Below are positions 58,796 to 64,000 of a stretch of DNA of 64,000 nt, piece after piece. The DNA comes from Bacteroidota bacterium (GTDB taxonomy: Bacteria; Bacteroidota; Bacteroidia; 2-12-FULL-35-15). The first letter of the stretch is position 1; every line of letters begins with the position of its first letter. The notes beneath the pieces are model-generated. The model was not told the DNA's origin and made no database searches. It was given only the letters and a program-made list of their open reading frames with translations. The stretch lies in contig JBQTHQ010000076.1 in the NCBI GenBank assembly GCA_052389695.1, positions 15,728 to 79,727 on the forward strand, given 5' to 3'. Both the position numbers and the translations under genes were made by a program.

Positions 58796-60907
58796 ATGAA
58801 TAAAATCATCAACCTTCTCAGCGCATTTTTTTTCTGCCTTGTAATATCAAATGTACAGGCACAAGGACTAAAACCTTGCGGAACTACCGAAATGCAACAA
58901 CAATTATTTGATGCCGATCCTTTGTTATATGAGGAACATCTTAAAGAAAATGCTCGTTTAGAGGCAATTGATAAAGAAGCGTATGCAAATGGTTATAAGG
59001 AAACTGATAGATCAGCAGCCCCTCCTGTTTATATAATTCCTGTTGTATTCCATGTTCTGCATCAGTATGGAGCTGAAAATATTTCAGATGCCCAGCTGAA
59101 AGACGGCATTAGAGTTATGACTGAGGATTTTCGTAAATTAAATGCGGATGCAGCAAATACTGTTGCAGCGTTTCAGGGTATTGCCGCTGATTGTGAAATA
59201 GAATTCCGTTTGGCACAAAAGGACCCCAGCGGTAATTGTACTAACGGGATTGACAGAATAGTTTCTACCCTTACAGATGTTCCGGCGGACCCAAATCGCA
59301 ATAATTGTAAATTAAACCCCTGGCCACGGGCTAATTACTTAAACATATGGGTTGTTAGATCCTTTGCGGATGGCATTGCAGGGTATGCCCAGTTCCCGGG
59401 TAGCGGTTCTGCTGCTACTGATGGCATTGTTGTCTTGAGTGATTATGTTGGGGCTACTGGAACAAGTACCGCTAATAGATCACATGTACTATCACATGAG
59501 GTAGGGCATTTTCTTAACTTATATCACATTTGGGGCAATACGAGTGTTGGAACTTCTTGTTCAGGGTCAGATAATGTATCAGACACTCCGACTACACGAG
59601 GCCATAGCAATGTGTGTCCCCTTAACGACCAAACCTGTGCTTCAGGAGTAACGGAAAATGTTCAAAATTTTATGGATTATTCTTACTGTTACACTATGTT
59701 TACCGCAGGCCAAAAAACGCGCATGCGCGCTGCGCTAACAAGTACTACGGGCCAGCGCAGCAGCCTTTGGACAACCACAAATCTTACAAATACAGGCGTA
59801 AGTTCTGCAGCAGTATTATGTAAAGCTGATTTTGACGCATCCTTCATGGCAAATTCCAGCAATACGATATGCCAGGGGAACAGCCTGACCTTTACAGATA
59901 AATCATGGAATGGCACACCAACCGGTTGGGCCTGGTCATTCCCTGGAGGAACCCCTTCCACATCAACTGCAGCTTCCCCGGTAATACAATACAATACAGC
60001 CGGCACTTATAACGTGTCCCTAACCGTTACCAACAGTTCGGGAACGGTTAGTGCAACTAAAACAGCCTATGTAATTGTTAATCCCACCGTGGCAACGTAT
60101 GCCAATGCAACTTATACTGAAAGTTTTGAAGGAAGTGCCATTCCTAATGCGGATTGGAAAGTCCGTAATCAATTGCCCGGAGGCAATACCTGGGTGCAAA
60201 CAACAGCCGCAGGAGCGACAGGAACAAAATCAGTACGTATTGTTAATGCACCCACTTATGATACATATGTAGATGAATTGGTTAGCCCTCCAATAAACAT
60301 GACCGCAATTGCAGGTACAAGAGTAACATTGACCTTCAAGGTTGCACATGCCCAAAAAACAGCAACATCAGCGGATAAGCTACAAGTTTATGTTTCCACT
60401 ACTTGCGGACAAACCTGGTCAATACGTAAAACAATAACCGGAGCAGCGCTTTCAACAGCTGGAGTAAGCTCCACCTGGACTACGCCTACTTCAACACAAT
60501 GGGCACAACAAAGTTCACCTTTAACTTCCTATACAGGACAGACAAATTTTTATATTATGTTCCGCTTTACAAGCAATGCGGGCTCAAACATTTACCTTGA
60601 TGATATAAATATTAGCGGAACAGTTGGAGTAGGTGATGAATTTTCAGATGCGCTTAGCTTTAATATTTACCCCAATCCGGCAGAGGATAATTCGGTAGTG
60701 GGCTTCAACTTGCTTGATAAACAAAACGTAGAAGTATCTGTTTATGATGTATTAGGCCAACACGTATCCACTATTGTTGAAGGGAATTTAAATGCAGGAG
60801 AACATGAGTACAAAATAACGGATAAGGCCAGCTTAAGATCAGGAATATATTTTGTAAAATTAACCGCAGGCGGCCAGGGTTTCACTAAAAAGTTAATTGT
60901 GAGATAA
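58796..60907 (+). CDS. secreted M43 zinc metalloprotease with PKD-like domains and T9SS C-terminal sorting domain, paralog 2
   Basis: HEVGHFLNLYH, NFMDYSY Met-turn; last ~370 codons ~95 percent nucleotide-identical to paralog 1. Confidence 0.8.
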   Translation: MNKIINLLSAFFFCLVISNVQAQGLKPCGTTEMQQQLFDADPLLYEEHLKENARLEAIDKEAYANGYKETDRSAAPPVYIIPVVFHVLHQYGAENISDAQLKDGIRVMTEDFRKLNADAANTVAAFQGIAADCEIEFRLAQKDPSGNCTNGIDRIVSTLTDVPADPNRNNCKLNPWPRANYLNIWVVRSFADGIAGYAQFPGSGSAATDGIVVLSDYVGATGTSTANRSHVLSHEVGHFLNLYHIWGNTSVGTSCSGSDNVSDTPTTRGHSNVCPLNDQTCASGVTENVQNFMDYSYCYTMFTAGQKTRMRAALTSTTGQRSSLWTTTNLTNTGVSSAAVLCKADFDASFMANSSNTICQGNSLTFTDKSWNGTPTGWAWSFPGGTPSTSTAASPVIQYNTAGTYNVSLTVTNSSGTVSATKTAYVIVNPTVATYANATYTESFEGSAIPNADWKVRNQLPGGNTWVQTTAAGATGTKSVRIVNAPTYDTYVDELVSPPINMTAIAGTRVTLTFKVAHAQKTATSADKLQVYVSTTCGQTWSIRKTITGAALSTAGVSSTWTTPTSTQWAQQSSPLTSYTGQTNFYIMFRFTSNAGSNIYLDDINISGTVGVGDEFSDALSFNIYPNPAEDNSVVGFNLLDKQNVEVSVYDVLGQHVSTIVEGNLNAGEHEYKITDKASLRSGIYFVKLTAGGQGFTKKLIVR
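59793..60907 (+). repeat. ~1.1 kb near-identical direct repeat (second copy; first copy 56721-57835) covering the PKD/beta-sandwich/T9SS-CTD halves of the two M43 protease genes
   Basis: By-eye alignment shows only scattered substitutions and one 3-nt indel over >1 kb, while the 5' catalytic halves are only ~55-60 percent identical at protein level. Confidence 0.7.
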
Positions 60908-60995
60908 TTTCTATTCTTGTTTAATCGCAGTTTCTGCGAGCTCACTCATTTAAAGTCCGCAAAAATTAGTACTTTTGCGGACTTTATTTTTCAAA

Positions 60996-62900
60996 ATGTT
61001 CAAAGAATACGATGTCATAGTTGTTGGTGCAGGGCATGCCGGTTGCGAAGCCGCTGCTGCCGCTGCAAATATGGGCTCCTCTACCCTCTTGATCACTATG
61101 AACATGCAAACAATCGCTCAAATGAGCTGTAATCCTGCAATGGGAGGAATTGCTAAAGGGCAAATTGTTCGTGAGATTGATGCATTGGGCGGATATTCAG
61201 GAATTATAACTGATAAAACAGCTGTACAATTCCGGATGCTAAATCGATCAAAAGGCCCGGCAATGTGGAGTCCCAGGGCTCAAAGCGATCGTTGGAAATT
61301 TGCAGAAGAGTGGCGGTTAATGCTGGAAGCCACGCCAAACTTGGATTTTTGGCAGGATATGGTGAAAAATATAATTGTAAAGGACGGAAAAGCATGCGGT
61401 ATTATTACAGGCATGGATATAGAAATTAGAGGGAAATCAGTTATTTTAACCAATGGAACATTTTTAAATGGATTGATCCATCTTGGTGAAAAGCAATATG
61501 GTGGCGGGAGAGCGGGAGAAAAATCTTCTACAGGCATTACAGAACAGTTGATTTCATTGGGGTTTGAGGCTGGCAGAATGAAAACAGGGACTCCTCCACG
61601 TGTGGATGGCCGCTCTCTGGATTATTCAAAAATGGAAGTTCAGCATGGAGATGATAATCCAGGCAGATTCTCCTACATGAATGTAGAGCAATTTGCTTTT
61701 AAAGTGGAAAGAAAAGACGCTTTCAAAAATGGTCGAGAAGGCCAGATCCCTTGTTACATAACATATACGAACGATGAGGTGCATGAGATCCTGAAAACAG
61801 GATTCGAGAAATCACCAATGTTTTCGGGCCGTATACAAGGCCTGGGGCCCAGGTATTGTCCAAGTATTGAAGATAAGATTACGAGATTCGCTGAACGCAA
61901 TCGCCACCAAATATTTGTCGAACCTGAAGGCTGGAATACAGTTGAGATTTATGTAAATGGGTTCTCCACTTCTCTTCCGGAAGATGTTCAATACAATGCA
62001 TTAAAAAAAATTCCCGGGTTCGAAAATGTCAAAATGTTCCGGCCCGGGTATGCAATTGAGTATGACTATTTTCCTCCACAGCAATTGAATCTTACACTGG
62101 AAACGAAGCGCATACAAAACCTTTACTTTGCGGGTCAGATAAATGGAACAACAGGTTATGAAGAGGCTGCCTGTCAGGGTCTGATGGCCGGAATTAATGC
62201 ACATTTAAAGATCAACACAAAAGATCCATTTATTCTTCAACGCTCAGAAGCTTATATAGGCGTTTTAATAGACGATTTAGTTACAAAAGGCACTGAAGAA
62301 CCATACCGCATGTTTACATCACGTGCAGAATACAGGATCCTTTTAAGACAAGACAATGCTGACATCCGTCTAACGCCTAAATCTTATGAGTTGGGATTGG
62401 CTAAACAAGAACGTTTGAATAGGGTTCAAGTAAAACAAAAACAAAGCCAGGAGATCATAAATTATTTCAAAAAAGAAAGCATACACCCCGAGGAAATTAA
62501 TCCTGCTTTAGAGGCAATTGGCTCTACTCCTATTTCACAAAAAGTTAAAATGTTTGGAGTGTTAACTCGCCCAATAATTACTCTTTTAGATTTCGCAATT
62601 TACTCTCCTAAAGCAAAAGAATTTATTTCTAATTATGATTTGGAAAGTATTGAACAAGCTGAAATTTTAATGAAATATGAAGGATATATTTCAAGGGAAC
62701 ATGAGTTGGCAGATAAACAAATTCGATTAGAAGACTTAATTTTGCATGAGGACTTTGACTATAAAAGACTCGCTTCTTTATCAAATGAAGCACGCGAAAA
62801 ATTAACCAAGATCCGTCCGCGAACCATAGGCCAAGCATCCAGAATATCCGGAATCACCCCTTCCGACATTTCAATTTTAATGGTTTACTTAGGAAGATAG
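60996..62900 (+). CDS. mnmG: tRNA uridine-5-carboxymethylaminomethyl modification enzyme MnmG (GidA)
   Basis: Start at [20 protein letters not shown] (FAD dinucleotide fold); full-length ~634 aa with conserved C-terminal GITPSDI..L region. Confidence 0.92.
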   Translation: MFKEYDVIVVGAGHAGCEAAAAAANMGSSTLLITMNMQTIAQMSCNPAMGGIAKGQIVREIDALGGYSGIITDKTAVQFRMLNRSKGPAMWSPRAQSDRWKFAEEWRLMLEATPNLDFWQDMVKNIIVKDGKACGIITGMDIEIRGKSVILTNGTFLNGLIHLGEKQYGGGRAGEKSSTGITEQLISLGFEAGRMKTGTPPRVDGRSLDYSKMEVQHGDDNPGRFSYMNVEQFAFKVERKDAFKNGREGQIPCYITYTNDEVHEILKTGFEKSPMFSGRIQGLGPRYCPSIEDKITRFAERNRHQIFVEPEGWNTVEIYVNGFSTSLPEDVQYNALKKIPGFENVKMFRPGYAIEYDYFPPQQLNLTLETKRIQNLYFAGQINGTTGYEEAACQGLMAGINAHLKINTKDPFILQRSEAYIGVLIDDLVTKGTEEPYRMFTSRAEYRILLRQDNADIRLTPKSYELGLAKQERLNRVQVKQKQSQEIINYFKKESIHPEEINPALEAIGSTPISQKVKMFGVLTRPIITLLDFAIYSPKAKEFISNYDLESIEQAEILMKYEGYISREHELADKQIRLEDLILHEDFDYKRLASLSNEAREKLTKIRPRTIGQASRISGITPSDISILMVYLGR

Positions 62901-62908
62901 GGGGCCCA

Positions 62909-62954
62909 GTTTCACGTGAAACATATCATAATTAAACTTAGTTCCACGTGGAAC
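62909..62954. promoter_or_regulatory. two 14-bp perfect palindromes with CACGTG core (gtttcacgtgaaac at 62909-62922; gttccacgtggaac at 62941-62954) just upstream of the methyltransferase start; a third exact gtttcacgtgaaac lies inside the coding region at 63043-63056
   Basis: Exact palindromes, 32-bp and 102-bp spacing; candidate operator sites for a dimeric regulator. Confidence 0.45.
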
Positions 62955-62966
62955 AAACAGCATAAA

Positions 62967-63851
62967 ATGGAAAATATAAGCAATTGCCCTATTTGTAATT
63001 CAAATCAATTTTCTCCTTTTTTGGAATGTATTGATTATACTGTTTCACGTGAAACATTTAAAATTGTTGAGTGTAATTCATGTAATTTTAAGTTTACAAA
63101 TCCGCGGCCGGAAGAAAATAAATTAGGGGAATATTACAAATCCGAAAGTTATATTTCACACTCAAATACTTCAAAAGGATTCATCAATTTTGCTTATCAG
63201 ACAGTTAGAAAATTTACGGTATTAAAAAAACTACAGCTTATTTCAGGTTTTTATAAAACAGGTAAAATTTTAGATATAGGATGTGGAACGGGCGAGTTTT
63301 TAAACGTTTGCAAAAATGCAAAATGGACTACTTTAGGAATCGAACCAGACCCAGATGCAAGAAAAAAAGCCATCGAAAATCATGGCTTGGATGTTAGGGA
63401 AGAAGCAGCTCTAAAAGACCTTAAAAACGAAGAATTTGACATTATCTCTATGTGGCATGTGTTGGAACATGTTCCAAGACTAAACGAGCGTATAGAAGAG
63501 CTAAAACGATTGATTAAACCAAATGGGATCATCATCATTGCTGTTCCGAATTTAACTTCCTTAGATGCTAAAATCTATAAAGAGCATTGGGCTGCATATG
63601 ATGTTCCAAGACATCTATACCATTTTTCTCCAAAGGACATAGAATCCATTTTCGGAAATCATAATCTTAGAATTTTTAAAACCATTCCTATGGTTTTTGA
63701 TTCATTTTATGTATCACTTCTAAGTGAAAAATACCGTACAGGAAAATCAAACATTGTGCGTGCTTTTTGGAATGGTTTCAGATCCAATCTTGCAGCTATC
63801 AAAACCGGGAAAACATACTCCAGCCAGATCTATCTGATCAAAAATAAGTAA
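62967..63851 (+). CDS. class I SAM-dependent methyltransferase with N-terminal C4 zinc-ribbon
   Basis: Start at MENISNCPICNS...CNSCNF (CxxC...CxxC); motif I LDIGCGTGEF; motif post-II/III IISMWHVLEHV. Confidence 0.7.
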   Translation: MENISNCPICNSNQFSPFLECIDYTVSRETFKIVECNSCNFKFTNPRPEENKLGEYYKSESYISHSNTSKGFINFAYQTVRKFTVLKKLQLISGFYKTGKILDIGCGTGEFLNVCKNAKWTTLGIEPDPDARKKAIENHGLDVREEAALKDLKNEEFDIISMWHVLEHVPRLNERIEELKRLIKPNGIIIIAVPNLTSLDAKIYKEHWAAYDVPRHLYHFSPKDIESIFGNHNLRIFKTIPMVFDSFYVSLLSEKYRTGKSNIVRAFWNGFRSNLAAIKTGKTYSSQIYLIKNK

Positions 63852-64000
63852 CATTTAAAAACTACTACTATTCGAAGATTTTGAGGCCATAGGCGCGTCA
63901 TCTACCCTTATGATGTTCTTCCCTCAAAATGAAAAGAAAGCGTGTTTAATCGCGTGTTTTTAGGCAAGTCGGATATATCATTTATCCCCATTGGGTTGTA

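Overview
The window reads as a Bacteroidetes-type chromosome segment (Chitinophagaceae/Sphingobacteriia-like), judged from T9SS C-terminal sorting domains, WG-repeat and TPR lipoproteins, excisionase-type HTH proteins and an AT-rich coding style. Layout: (1) 1-2150 is a decayed mobile-element edge. It holds a 5'-truncated DEDDh exonuclease, an excisionase-family HTH protein, a hypothetical protein and a RadC C-terminal pseudogene fragment. (2) 2160-7404 carries accessory small genes: a WG-repeat membrane protein, TPR protein and lipoproteins; two tandem secreted K/R/E-rich paralogs; and a NYN-nuclease/LOTUS protein. (3) 7662-28676 is a ~21 kb cell-surface glycan locus. It has an initiating phosphoglycosyltransferase, two GT4, a tandem-GT2 polymerising enzyme, the Wzm/Wzt ABC exporter, a WaaL/Wzy_C-family protein, three GT-C-like membrane proteins and a SAM methyltransferase. 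Most unusually it has three separate MBOAT plus SGNH/AlgJ-DltD-like O-acylation modules. (4) 28856-63851 is housekeeping and secretome: T9SS cargo proteins, tRNA-Cys, folB, gltX, an RlmI-like methyltransferase, a TlpA-like oxidoreductase, an ALDH7-like dehydrogenase, nadA, rpiB, an M28 peptidase, a LutB-like protein, an AsmA/TamB-like giant protein, ybeY, pgk, ABC-F, a TPR-SpoIIE phosphatase, cysteine desulfurase, two mosaic M43 T9SS metalloproteases flanking an SDR, mnmG and a Zn-ribbon methyltransferase. Non-genic signals: a REP-like palindrome family (CCCCTCTCC-N3/4-GGAGAGGGG, 4 copies, one forming the gltX C-terminus); an 18-bp duplication of the tRNA-Cys 3' end 170 bp away (att-like scar); an 87-bp imperfect palindrome before pgk; CACGTG-core 14-bp palindromes in triplicate at a methyltransferase start; a 24-bp perfect palindrome before the SDR gene; and a ~1.1 kb near-identical block shared by the two metalloprotease genes. 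No CRISPR array, rRNA or intact transposase/integrase was seen. All function calls are by-eye motif recognition, not database searches.
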